Assembly (NCBI RefSeq): GCF_963921235.1
Contig: NC_086097.1
Coordinates: 203,548,001 to 203,612,000, forward strand
DNA length: 64,000 nucleotides
Reading direction: 5' to 3'
Source: Mobula hypostoma
Lineage: Eukaryota
The position numbers were made by a program, and so were the translations under genes. Under the pieces are notes generated by a model. That model was not told the DNA's origin. It saw only the letters and a list, made by a program, of their open reading frames with translations, and ran no database searches. Positions 26,202 to 38,549 of the stretch are shown here, piece after piece. Each line of letters begins with the position of its first letter. Position 1 is the first letter of the stretch.

Positions 26202-27830
26202 AACACACATCAAAGTTGCTGGTGAACGCAGCAGGCCAGGCAGCATCTCTAGGAAGAGGTACAGTCGATGTTTCAGGCCGAGACCCTTCGTCAGGACTAA
26301 CTGAAGGAAGAGTTAGTAAGAGATTTGAAAGTGGGAGGGGGAGGGGGAGATCCAAAATGATAGGAGAAGACAGGAGGGGGAGGGATGGAGCCAAGAGCTG
26401 GACAGATGATTGGCAAAGGGGATATGAGAGGATTATGGGACACGAGGTCCGGGGAGAAAGACAAGGGGGGAGGGGGAACCAGAGGATGGGCAAGGGGTAT
26501 AGTCAGAGGGACAGAGGGAGGAAAAGGAGAGTGAGAAAGAATGTGTGTATAAAAATAAATAACGGATGGGGTACGAGGGGGAGGTGGGGCATTAGCGGAA
26601 GTTAGAGAAGTCGATGTTCATGCCATCAGGTTGGAGGCTACCCAGACAGAATATAAGGTGTTGTTCCTCCAAACTGAGTGTGGCTTCATCTTTACAGTAG
26701 AGGAGGCCGTGGATAGACATATCAGAATGGGAATGGGATGTGGAATTAAAATTTGTGGCCACTGGGAGATCCTGCTTTCTCTGGCAGACAGAGCATAGGT
26801 GTTCAGCAAAGCGGTCTCCCAGTCTGCGTCGGGTCTCGCCAATATATAAAAGGCCACATCGGGAGCACCGGACGCAGTATATCACCCCAGCCGACTCACA
26901 GGTGAAGTGTTGCCTCACCAGGAAGGACTGGTGGTAAGGGAGGAAGTGTAAGGGCATGTGTAGCACTTGTTCCGTTTACAAGGATAAGTGCCAGGAGGGA
27001 GATCAGTGGGGAGGGATGGGGGGGACGAATGGACAAGGGAGTCGCGTAGGGAGCGATCTCTGTGGAAAGCAGAGGGGGTGGGGAGGGAAAGATGTGCTTA
27101 GTGGTGGGATCCCATTGGAGGTGGAGGAAGTTACGGAGAATAATATGTTGGACCCGGAGGCTGGTAGGCTGGTAGGTGAGGACCAGGGGAACCCTATTCC
27201 TAGTGGGGTGGCGGGAGGATGGAGTGAGAGCAGATGTACGTGAAATAGGGGAGATGCGTTTAAGAGCAGAGGTGATAGTGGAGGAAGGGAAGCCCTTTTC
27301 TTTAAAAAAGGAGGACATCTCCCTCGTCCTGGAATGAAAAGCCTCATCCTGAGAGCAGATGCGGCAGAGACGGAGGAATTGCGAGATGGGGATGGCATTT
27401 TTGCAAGAGACAGGGTGAGAAGAGGAATAGTCCAGATAGCTGTGAGAGTCAGTAGGCTTATAGTAGACATCAGTGGATAAGCTGTCTCCAGAGACAGAGA
27501 CAGAAAGATCTAGAAAGGGGAGGGAGGTGTCGGAAATGGACCAGGTAAACTTGAAGGCAGGTTGAAAGTTGGAGGCAAAGTTAGTAAAGTCAACGAGCTC
27601 AGCATGCGTGCAGGAAGCAGCGCCAATGCAGTCGTCGATGTAGCGAAGGAAAAGTGGGGGACAGATACCAGAATAGGTATGGAACATAGATTGTTCCACA
27701 AAGCCAACAAAAAAGCAGGAATAGCTAGGACCCATATGGGTGCCCATAGCTACACCTTTAGTTTGGAGGAAGTGGGAGGAGCCAAAGGAGAAATTATTAA
27801 GAGTAAGGACTAATTCCGCTAGACGGAGCA
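26202..27830 (-). mobile_element. Penelope-like retroelement, 5'-truncated (RT + GIY-YIG endonuclease + pLTR with hammerhead motif)
   Basis: RT motifs MGTHMGPSYS, FLRYIDDC, LPFLD, VYYKPT; GIY-YIG VIYCVRCSRCGLLYIGETRRRLGDRFAEH; pLTR 26202-26590; HHR-like motif at 26262-26299. Confidence 0.95.
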
Positions 27831-27914
27831 GACAGAATGGTTTCCTTCAGGGAGAATCCTGCCTGACAAACCTGTTGGAATTCTTTAAGGAGATTACACG
27901 TAGGATAGATAAAG

Positions 27915-29328
27915 TGTCACAGTGGCGGGGCATTAGGAGCAAGGGTGGACCCAAATGCAAGACACATCTTGTGAGGTTAATTAAATTTAGTTTATTGTTT
28001 GATATCAGGAGAGCTAGGCAGGAGCAGGAGTAGCGAACTGGACAAGGACTGAAGACTACTACTAGGCTGGGACCAAGGGTCTGGGCTAGGACTCTGAATC
28101 GGCTCCCAGAATTAGAGGAGACATGAAGAGGCTAGGGTATAGACTCAGAGCCCGAGACTGGGCAAGGACCCAGTACCTGGGTCTTGCCTCGGCCTCAGAC
28201 CCCAGAACCAGGCAGGACATGATATGGGCTAGGGAGAGGAGGAACATGGAAAACAGAGCCTCGGTCTCGGGAGAGCAGGTACATGGAACCTTGGACACAT
28301 ACACAGAACAGAGAGCTGGGACCCCTCCTTGGGTACAGGACATAGGGCCGGGACTCATGATACTCCGCGGGGCAACGGCAAGGTGGCCTGACTTACCCCA
28401 CGGAGTCGAGGACAGGACAAGACAAGACATGACCCCCGCGGAGCAACGGCAAGATGGCCTGACTTCCCACAGAGGCAAGGACAAGACAAGACAAGGCCAA
28501 CACGAATGGACACCAGACAGTACCTATCTAGCTCTGGTGATAGAACTAGACCGAAGTGCAGGCGGGGGCTGCAGATGAGGGCTAGAGGTGAGAGGGGCAG
28601 AGAAGGGTTTCAGACAAGGGGGTAGGACAGGAATGACAGACCGCCAGGGCTAGGACATGACTCAGAACTGGGAAGCCACCTGGGCCAGGACTTGACATGG
28701 TACTAGAATGCCACCAGGAACAGGACTTGACTTGGTACTTGAGTTCCGCCAGGGCCAGGACTTGACTTGGTACTTGAATGCCGCCAGGGCCAGGACTTGA
28801 CTTGGTACTTGAACGCCGCCAGAGCCAGGACGTGGACGTGGTACTTGAACGCCGCCAGAGCCAGGACGTGGACGTGGTACTTGGACGCCACTGGAGCCAG
28901 GACGTGGACGTGGTGCTTGGAACCTCCGGGTAGTGCCAAGCTCTCGACTCGGCCCGGGAACAGTAGACAGCGGCTCTTGATTCTCTCCGGCGGGTTAACT
29001 GATGGACCCACCTTGATGAGGAAACTTTGCAGGCTGGCTTCGGCGAGGTAACTGGACAGGGTTGCTCCAGTGAGGAAAGGTGAATTACCGACACTCACTT
29101 CAGGCGGAGACAAGGCTTGCTCCGGCCAGATGACATTGGCACGCTGTGACTTTGCAGACGCTCCCGCAACGAACGGCTGAAAGCCGGAGACTATAAACTA
29201 CTGGTTCAGCCGAGTGTTAATTGCCTCTAATCACCAAAGTCGAGGGACATGGGAAAACAGGGAATCAACGGTCCGGATCGTAACATAAACAAGGTAAATT
29301 TAAAGGGACCCCGATCCGGACCATGACA
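27915..29328 (-). mobile_element. Solo LTR (or short non-autonomous LTR element), 1414 bp, with 5-bp TSD
   Basis: Termini TGTCA...TGACA; TAAAG at 27910-27914 and 29329-29333; minus-strand AATAAA at ~27991-27996; interrupts the CR1 reading frame. Confidence 0.88.
28640..28920. repeat. 35-36 bp minisatellite, about 8 units, inside the LTR
   Basis: Repeated gccgccagggccaggacttgacttggtacttgaa-type units. Confidence 0.9.
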
Positions 29329-30511
29329 TAAAGAGGATGCAGTGGATGTTGTATATTTGGACTTTCAGAAGACCTTTGACAAGGTGCCACACATGAGGCT
29401 GTTTACCAAGTTAAGAACCTGTGATATTACAGGAGAGTTACTAAGATGGTTAGAGCATTGGCTGATTGGAAGAAGGCAATGAGTGGGAATAAGAGGATCC
29501 TTATATGGTTGACTGCCAGTGAATAGTGGTGTTCTGCAGGGGTTGGTTTTTGGACAGCTTCTTTTTATGCTGTATATAAATGATTTAGATGATGGAATAG
29601 ATGGCTTTGTTGCCAAGTTTTCAGATGATACAAAGATTGGTGGAGGGGCAGGTAGTATTGAGGAAACAGGTAGGATGCAGAAGGACTTAGACAGATTACA
29701 AGAATGGGCAAGAAAGTGGCAAATAAAATACAATGTGCATGCTCATGCACTTTGGTAGTAGAAATAAATGTGGATTATGTTCTAAATGGGGAGAAAATCC
29801 AAAAATCTGAGATGCAAAGGGACTTGGAAGTCCTTGTGCAGAACATCCTAAAGGTTTACCTGCAGGCTGCGTCAGTAGTGAGGAAGGCAAATGCAGTGTT
29901 AGTATTCATTTCAAGAGGTCGAGAATACAAGAGCAAGGATGTGATGCTGAGGCTTTATAAGTCACTGTTGAGGCCTCACCTTGAGTATTGTGAACAGTTT
30001 TGGGCCCCTCATCTTAGAAAAGATGTACTGGCATTGGAGAGGGTCCAAGGGAGGTTCACGAGGATGATTTCAGGAATGAAAGAGTTAGCATACGAGGAAT
30101 GTTTGACGGCTCTGGGTCTGTACTCGCTGGAATTCAGAAGGATGAGGGGGATCTCATTGAAACCCTATGGTCTTATATGTAGTATACCCATATGCAATGT
30201 TAGTGATCAGGACTAGGAAAAGGAGAGGATGACCAAGGACAACATGATCAAGGCAGTCCCTGCTCTTTACTCTTTCAGAATATAGAACAAAGTAGAAGAA
30301 TAGGTAAAAGGCAAGTACAATACAGTGTATAGCAAAGCAGACATACGAGAGATAACTCATAGTAGTGCAGGTTAGGTATGGGAGTTAATGGAGTCTTCAT
30401 AGTGGAGTTGATATGTAAAAAGCGGAAGTCATAAAATTTCCATCCTTACAGGCTTCAATGTCTTAACTGTTAAAGAAAACCTGTAACCCTTGGCTACCCT
30501 TGAAAACCTGT

Positions 30512-30665
30512 ATGGCCCTTGTGGCTACGGGGATCAGGGGGTATGGAGGGAAGGCTGGTGCAGGGTTCTGAGTTGGATGATCAGCCATGATCATAATAAA
30601 TGGCGGTGCAGGCTCGAAGGGCCGAATGGCCTACTCCTGCACCTATTTTCTATGTTTCTATGTTT
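30512..30665 (+). mobile_element. CR1 3' end (young subfamily)
   Basis: Close match to 35258-35406; ctatgtttctatgttt tail. Confidence 0.85.
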
Positions 30666-30699
30666 AACCCAATTTAAAGAAGTGCCAATCCACCCAGAA

Positions 30700-30935
30700 A
30701 TTATATTTGCTGCTGTGCTGGAATGCACCACCTGGTATAGTGGTAGAGGCAAATATATTGGAGGCTTTTAAGGGACATTTGGATAGGCATATGGATATAA
30801 GGAAGATGGAGGGATATGGACATGGTGTAGGTAGGAGGGATTAGTGTTATGGCATTATTGATTTGCTTTTTAGCTGGTTTGGCACAACATTGTGGCCAAA
30901 TGCCTTACTCCTGTGCTGTACTATTCTATGTTCCG
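30700..30935 (+). mobile_element. CR1 3' end (different subfamily)
   Basis: tggaatgcac..gtggtagaggca..ggcacaacattgtggcc..ctgtgctgtactattctatgttc. Confidence 0.7.
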
Positions 30936-31121
30936 TGCTCAGAAAGCTAAATTTACAACAGCTGGAAATGTCTTAGATATTGTTTCCAGTCAGCGGATGA
31001 GTATAAGTCTGCAAAGGAAACTTATGAAAAAAAATCCCTTGATTCTTTTAATTTGATTGAGTTTCTTTTAGAATGTTGTTGATGACAATCAAGTCCTTCT
31101 GGAACATTCTTTGTTCCATCT

Positions 31122-32315
31122 ATGAATGAATGAATGAATGAATGAATGAATGAATGAATGAAAGAAATTTATTTTGGTCAGTATGAAAAAACAAAACCAT
31201 AATTTTCAACAATGATTTCATAAGACAAAATTACAACAAAAAAACATAGATATTCTTTAAAACAGACCGAAAGGGTGTAGGCTGAAGCTACAGTTTATTA
31301 CGCCTACCCCCCTTATTTATACAACAACATATTTGGCGTCAGTCATCACATCAAAACAAAAAATTTCATAATCTTTTAACTCAAAATCCAATTCCAAGAA
31401 TCATTTATTTACATTACTCCCATTCATTTTAAATCATGTAATTTATATTTGTTCATTAAATTATTTTAAAATAATTTTTTAAACTTGTTAAGTGTGGTGC
31501 ATGTTTTTAAATTCTCACTACATCTGTTCCATAGCTTTACCCCTCTGACTGAAATACAATGATTTTTTATATTTGTTCTTACCCTTTGTTTTTGAGATAT
31601 ACATGTTCCTCTCAAATCATGTTGACTTTCTCTCATTTTAAACCACCTTTGGATACTTTGTGGTAGCTGTCCATTTTTTACTTATACATAATCTGTATTA
31701 TTTTAAAATCTACAAAATCTCTGAATGTTGAAGTGTTTAGTTGAATAAACAGTGGATTGGTTGGCTCATAATAACCGGTTTTACAATTCGTATGACTTTC
31801 TTTTGGAGTAGAAAAATTGAGTTTGTATTTGTTTTGTATGTATTTCCCCATACCTCTACACAGTAAGTCATGTATGGGACTGTAAGTGAATAGTATAACG
31901 TATACAAGGATTCCTGACTTAAGAAATCTTGCACTTTGTACAGTATTGCAATGGATTTTGACATTTTTGCTTTGACATAAATTATATGCGGTTTCCAGCT
32001 TAATTTATTATCTATCACCACTCCTAAAAATCTTGTTTCGGATACCTTATCAATTTCAACATAATTTATTCTAAGTTTACTATATGAGTTTGGTACACGG
32101 TTTCCAAATATTATGAATTTAGTTTTACTTAGATTCAGTGATAACTTATAAGTATCAAACCATTTCTTTGTAATTTTTAGTTCTTTCTGCACCGTATCCA
32201 AAAGTTGTTTCAGATGTTCCCCACTACAAAATATAGTTGCATCATCAGCAAATAATATACATTTTAATGTCTGAGAGACCATACATATATCATTTATATA
32301 AAAAATGAACAAAAG
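31122..32315 (-). mobile_element. AT-rich Crack/Daphne/L2-like LINE 3' fragment with (TTCA)n tail
   Basis: LLFIFYINDI..ILFADDATIF..LSLNLSKTKFIIF..FLGVVIDNKLSWKPHI..YCVEVWGNT; minus-strand AATAAA at 31168-31173 followed by ~10 TTCA units (31122-31162); clade call tentative. Confidence 0.8.
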
Positions 32316-32489
32316 CATTTCTTAAAACTGGACCTGCGTTTCTGTTTTGAGATACACAACATAGATTAAATTATCAAATTACTCCAAGGGTTATTTTCTT
32401 TATAAACCTCAAAAAGTGAGTGGTCCTCTGATGGCGGAATGTCAACCACACTCTGAGTAAAAAACCTTCCTCTAATATCCCCCTTGAAC

Positions 32490-33662
32490 AACTCTTATCA
32501 TCAGAAATTTCTACTTTCCAAGGGAACTGAAGTATTACATCAGTGCAGTCATGAGAGTGAGCACTGTCAAAGCATGGCTGTACAAGCAGTCTTATCCTAA
32601 TACATATTTTTCAAAGTTATGAAAATTGTTTAGTACCATATCATTTTTTTTCTTTGTCTGTTGGTGATAGCACTATGTGACTGAATACACAGCGATAATT
32701 CAAGGCTTGTCTGCGCATGTATGTAACAGTATCTATTTAGGAAGCAATGTTATCTGTCTAACCTCAAAATTTACCATTATCAGTTGGTCTCCGACAGTAA
32801 AATTTGTCATAGGCTTGTTTTCCCATTTTTCAATTTGTTGTCAAAATCTATCTGAAATGTAATTGAATGCGTAAGGACACCAATAACTCTGAAGTAATTT
32901 TCATTTTTAAGGTATTTTTTGCACCACAACATGAACTATTCATGACTGTTTTATTTAGGGCAAATAAGAAATCTGGGAAGATACAATAGTCTATGGGACT
33001 AAAACCGCTAAATCATTTATTAGTTTATCAGTTTCAGTTGACCAGAGGGAAAAGCATTTCATTTCTGCTTCAGTGCATCTTTCCATTTTATCTTCCCATG
33101 CAAAGGGCTTCGCTGAGCCATTTAGAACATAACTCAGAAATGCAGAAAACTGTCATGTTACCTCAACGTTTAACAATGGAATGAAATAGGGGCCATAATT
33201 GGAGAAATGGAAAGATCAAACATCTTTGTAGTAAGTGTGTTCAGAAACTCGTGGGCAATAAAGGGAAAGTGCAATAAGATTTCTGTCTAATAGAGGTCTT
33301 CATTAAAAAGAATGCTTTTTTTTCATGATCTAGTCCAACGATTCTAATGTCATATTCCTGTAAGTGGGATCGTTCAATGACAGAACAGTTTCTATTCTTT
33401 ATTTCGGGTGTAGAGGAATACATGTCAAGGGATTCTTCTATTAGTATACCTCCATTATCTGGCTGGAATATTTTAGTTTTGTTAGGGTGTTATTAATCAT
33501 TTCCGCAAGTGATTCTTTGCCTTTCCATGTGCCTATGTTCATTTCATCTGCAATTTGGTCAGAGTGAATGTTTAAGTGGATGGAATCAATCACTTTGCCA
33601 AAGGCAAAGGTTAAAGGTTCCAGAGTATGAGATCACATATGACCAAGCGGTAAAGGACATTT
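32490..33662 (-). pseudogene. env: Endogenous foamy-like virus env, SU region (decayed)
   Basis: Manual translation from 33659: CPLPLGHM*SHTLEPLTFAFGKVIDSIHLNIHSDQIADEMNIGTWKGKESLAEMINNTLTKL, resembling recalled prototype foamy virus SU (SIPQGVYYEPHPEPI..ILMINSENIANNANLTQEVKKLLTEMVNEEMQSL); then EIKNRNCSV..SYCTFP; lower boundary uncertain. Confidence 0.7.
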
Positions 33663-34239
33663 ACATAGAACATAGAATAGTACAGCACAGTAAGGCCCTT
33701 TGGCCCACAATGTTGTGCCAACCCTCAAATCCTGCCTCCAATATAACCCTCCACCTTAAATTCCTCCACATACCTGTCCAGTTGTGTCTTAAATTTCACT
33801 AGTGCATCTGCTTCCACTACTGGCTCAGGCAGTGCATTCCATGCACCAACCACACTCTGAGTAAAAAACCTTCCTCTAATATTCCCCTTGAACTCCCTTA
33901 CCTTAAAGCCATGTCCTCTTGTATTGAGCAGTGGTGCCTTGGAGAAGAGGCGCTGGCTATCCACTCTATCTATTCCTCTTAATATCTTGTATACCTCTAT
34001 CATGTCTCCTCTCATCCTCCTTCTCTCCAAAGAGTAAAGCCCTAGCTCCTTTAATCTATGATCATAATCCATACTCCCTAAACCAGGCAGCATCCTGGTA
34101 AATCTCCTCTGTACTATTTCCAATGCTTCCACATCCTTCCTATAGTGAGGCAACCAGAACTGGACACAGTACTCCAAATGTGGCCTAACCAGAATTTTAT
34201 AGAGCTGCATTATTACCTCGTGACTCTTAAACTCTATCC

Positions 34240-37200
34240 ATATAACCATATAACAATTACAGCACGGAAACAGGCCATCTCGGTATTGGGGGTAAGGTAT
34301 TGGTGTGGGTGGAGAATTGGTTAGCAGACAGGAAGCAAAGAGTGGGAATCAACGGGACCTTTTCAGAATGGCAGGCGGTGACTAGTGGGGTACCGCAAGG
34401 CTCAGTGCTGGGACCCCAGTTGTTTACAATATATATTAATGACTTGGATGAGGGAATTAAATGCAGCATCTCCAAGTTTGCGGATGACACGAAGCTGGGT
34501 GGCAGTGTTAGCAGTGAGGAGGATGCTAAGAGGATGCAGGGTGACTTGGATAGGTTGGGTGAGTGGGCAAACTCATGGCAGATGCAATTTAATGTGGATA
34601 AATGTGAAGTTATCCACTTTGGTGGCAAAAATAGGAAAACAGATTATTATCTGAATGGTGGCCGATTAGGAAAAGGGGAGGTGCAACGAGACCTGGGTGT
34701 CATTATACACCAGTCATTGAAAGTGGGCATGCAGGTACAGCAGGCGGTGAAAAAGGCGAACGGTATGCTGGCATTTATAGCGAGAGGATTCGAGTACAGG
34801 AGCAGGGAGGTACTACTGCAGTTGTACAAGGCCTTGGTGAGACCACACCTGGAGTATTGTGTGCAGTTTTGGTCCCCTAATCTGAGGAAAGACATCTTTG
34901 CCATAGAGGGAGTACAAAGAAGGTTCACCAGATTGATTCCTGGGATGGCAGGTCTTTCATATGAAGAAAGACTGGATGAACTGGGCTTGTACTCGTTGGA
35001 ATTTAGAAGATTGAGGGGGGATCTGATTGAAACGTATAAGATCCTAAAGGGATTGGACAGGCTAGATGCGGGAAGATTGTTCCCGATGTTGGGGAGGTCC
35101 AGAACGAGGGGTCACAGTTTGAGGATAGAGGGGAAGCCTTTTAGGACCGAGATTAGGAAAAACTTCTTCACACAGAGAGTGGTGAATCTGTGGAATTCTC
35201 TGCCACAGCAAACTGTTGAGGCCAGTTCATTAGCTATGTTTAAAAGGAAGTTAGATATGGCCCTTGTGGCTACAGGGGTCAGGGGGTATGGAGGGAAGGC
35301 TGGGTTCTGAGTTGGATGATCAGCCATGATCATAATAAATGGCGGTGCAGGCTCGAAGGGCCGAATGGCCTACTCCTGAACCTATTTTCTATGTTTCTAT
35401 GTTTCTATCTCGGCCCTTCTAGTCCATGCCAAAATCTTACTGTCACTTAGTCCCACCGACCTGTACTCAGCCCATAATCCTCCATTCCTTTCCTGTCCAT
35501 ATAGCTGTCCAGTTTAACTTTAAATGACAACATTGAACCTGCCTCAACCACTTCTGCTGGAAGCTCATTCCACACAGCCACCACTCTCTGAGTAAAGAAG
35601 TTCCCCTTCATGTTACCCCTAAACTTTTGCCCTTTAACTCTCAACTCATGTCCTCTTGTTTGAATCTCTCCCACTCTCAATGGAAAAAGCCTATCCATGT
35701 CAACTCTATCTATCCCTCGCATAATTTTAAATACCTCTATCAATTCGACCCTCAACCTTCTATGTTCCAAAGAATAAAGACCAACTTGTTTGACCTTTCT
35801 CTGTAACTTAGGTGATGAAACCCAAGTAACATTCTAGTAAACCTTCTCTGTACTCTCTCTATTTTGTTGACATCTTGCCTATAATTTGCTGACCAAAACT
35901 GTACACAAATATCAAAATTTGGCCTCACCAATGCCTTTCCCAATTTCAACATTACATCCCAACTCCTATACTCAATGCTCTGATTTATAAAGGCCAGCAT
36001 ACTAAAAGCTTTCTTCACCACTCTATCCATATGAGAATCCACCTTCAGGGAATTATGCACCATTATTCCTAGATCCCTCTGTTCTACTGCATTCTTCAAT
36101 GCCCTACCATTTACCGTGTATGTTCTATTTTGATTAGTCCTACCAAAGTGTAGCACCTCACATTTATCAGCATTAAACTCCATCTGCCATCTTTCAGCCC
36201 ACTCTTCTAACTGGCCTAAATCTCTCTGCAAGCTTTGAAAACCTACTTCATTATCCACAACTCCACCTATCTTAGTATCATCTGCATACTTACTAATCCA
36301 ATTTACCACCCCATCATCCAGATCATTAATATATATGACAAATAACATTGAACCCAGTACAGATCTCTGAGGCACACCACTAGTCACCAGCCTCCAATCT
36401 GACAAACAGTTTTCCACCACCACTCTCTGGCATCTCCCATCCAGCCACTGCTGAATCCATTTTACTACTTCAATAGTAATACCTAACGATTGAACCTTCC
36501 TAACCAACCTTCCGTGTGGGAACTTGTCAAAGACCTTACTGAAGTCCATACAGACAACATCCACCACTTTACCCTCGTCAACATTCCTAGTAACCTCATC
36601 AAAAAATTCAATAAGATTTGTCAAACATGACCTTCCACGCACAAATCCTTGTTGACTGTTCCTAATCAGACCCTGTCTATCCAGATAATTATATATACCA
36701 TCTCTAAGAATACTTTCCATCAATTTACCCACCACTGACGACAAACTCACAGGCCGATAATTGCTAGGTTTACTCTTAGAAACCTTTTTAAACAACGGAA
36801 CAACATGAGCAATATGCCAATCCTCCGGCACCATCCCTGTTTCTAATGACATTTGAAATATTTCTGTCAGAGCCCCTGCTATTTCCACAATAACTTCCTG
36901 CAAGGTCCTAGGGAATATCCTGTCAAGACCCGAAGACTTATCCACTTTTATATTCCTTAAAAGCTCCAGTACTACTTCTTCTTTAATCATCATAGTTTCC
37001 ATAACTTCCCTATCTATTTCCCTTATCTTACACAATTCAATATACTTCTCCTTAGTGAACACCGAAGAAAAGAAATTGTTAAGAATCTCCCTCATCTCTT
37101 TTGGCTCCACACATAGCCGTCCACTCTGATTCTCTAAGGGACCAATTTTATCCCTTCACTATCCTTTTGCTATTTATATAATGGTAGAAACCCTTGGGAT

Positions 37201-38549
37201 TTATATTCACCTTCCTTGCCAAAGCAACCTCATATCTTCTTTTAGCTTTTCTAATTTCTTTCTTAAGATTCTTTTTACATTCTTTATATTCCTCGAGCTC
37301 CTCATTTACTCCATGCTGTCCAGATTTATTGTAGACCTCTCTTTTTTTCCGAACCAAGTTTCCAATATCCCTTGAAAACCATGGCTCTCTCAAACTTTTA
37401 ACCTTTCCTTTCAAGCTAACAGGAACATAAAGATTCTGTACTCTCAAAATTTCTCGTTTAAATGACCTCCATTTCTCTATTACATCCTTCCCATAAAACA
37501 AATTGTCCCAATCCACTCCTTCTAAATCCTTTCACATCTCCTCAAAGTTAGTCTTTCTCCAATCAAAAATCTCAACACTGGGTCCAGATCTATCCTTCTC
37601 CATAATTATATTGAAACTAATAGCATTGTGATCACTGTACCTGAAGTGCTCCCCAACACAAACCTCCGTCACCCGACCTATCTCATTCCCTAATAGGAGA
37701 TCCAACACTGCAAAAAACTATCTTGCACTCATTTTTACAAACTCCAAACCATCCAGCCCTTTTACAGTATGGGCTTCCCAGTCTATGTGTGGAAAATTAA
37801 AATCTCCCACAATCACAGCCTTGTACCTATTACTAATATCTGCTATCTCCTTACAAATTTGCTCCTCCAATTCTCGCTCCCCATTTGGTGGTCTATAATA
37901 CATCCCCATAAGAGTTACTGCAGCTTTCCCATTCCTGAATTCCACCCAAGTAGTCTCCCTAGACGAGCCCTCTAATCTATCCTGCCAGAACACAGCTGTA
38001 ATATTTTCTTTGACAAGCAATGCAGCCCCTCCCCCTCTTGTCCCTCCGATTTAATCACAACTGAAGCAATTAAGTCCAGGAATATTTAGCTGCCAATCAC
38101 ACCCCTCCTGTAACCATGTTGCACTAATAGCTACCACATCATACTTCCAGGTATCAATCCATACTTTAAGCTCATCCACCTTTCTTACAATGCTCCTAGC
38201 ATTAAAATAAATGCATTTAAGAAATTTTCCACCTCTTACTCTCTGTTTATCACTAACTGTGCAAACAATTTTACTATTTTCTTTTTCTTCCTTCTTCCCT
38301 ACATCTGTTCCTACACTCTGGTTCCTCTCCCCCGCCCCCCCCCGTATCTAGTTTAAATCCACCAGAGCCTCTCTAGCAAACCTACCCGCAAGAATATTTG
38401 TCCCCCTCCAGTTCAGATGTAGACCGTCCCGCCGGAACAGGTCCCACCTTCCCTGGAAAACTGCCCAATTATCTATAAATCTGAAGCCCCCCCCCTGCAC
38501 CATGCCTTCAGCCACGTGTTGATCTGCGCTATCTTACTATTTCTAAACT
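34240..38549 (-). mobile_element. Second CR1 (ORF1 end + ORF2 + tail) nested inside the first
   Basis: 452-aa RT ORF 35752-37110 (YINDLDDG..KYADDTK); APE 37718-38020; tail (atggttat)n at 34240-34253; 3' UTR split by the 34284-35406 insertion. Confidence 0.9.
34284..35406 (+). mobile_element. Young 5'-truncated CR1 with uninterrupted RT C-terminal ORF and 7-bp TSD
   Basis: 336-aa ORF (GVPQGSVLGP, YINDL, KFADDTK); ATCTCGG at 34277-34283 and 35407-35413; (CTATGTTT)n tail. Confidence 0.95.

Larger units (their letters stand above)
27831..30165 (+). mobile_element. CR1 RT fragment split by a solo LTR
   Basis: QNGFLQGESCLTNLLEFF..IDK continues after 29333 as DAVDVVYLDFQK; YINDLDDGI..KFSDDTK; RPHLEYCEQFW. 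Confidence 0.9.

Noticed and set aside
28640..28920. 35-36 bp repeats resembling a CRISPR array or a repeat protein (ORFs 28582-29113)
   Set aside because: Contiguous tandem units with no unique spacers, no cas genes and a eukaryotic context; the ORFs are by-products of a GC-rich minisatellite inside an LTR.
30166..30510. Possible 3' LTR of the foamy-like provirus
   Set aside because: Position is plausible, but no visible similarity to 45844-46150 and no polypurine tract or TG..CA ends identified.
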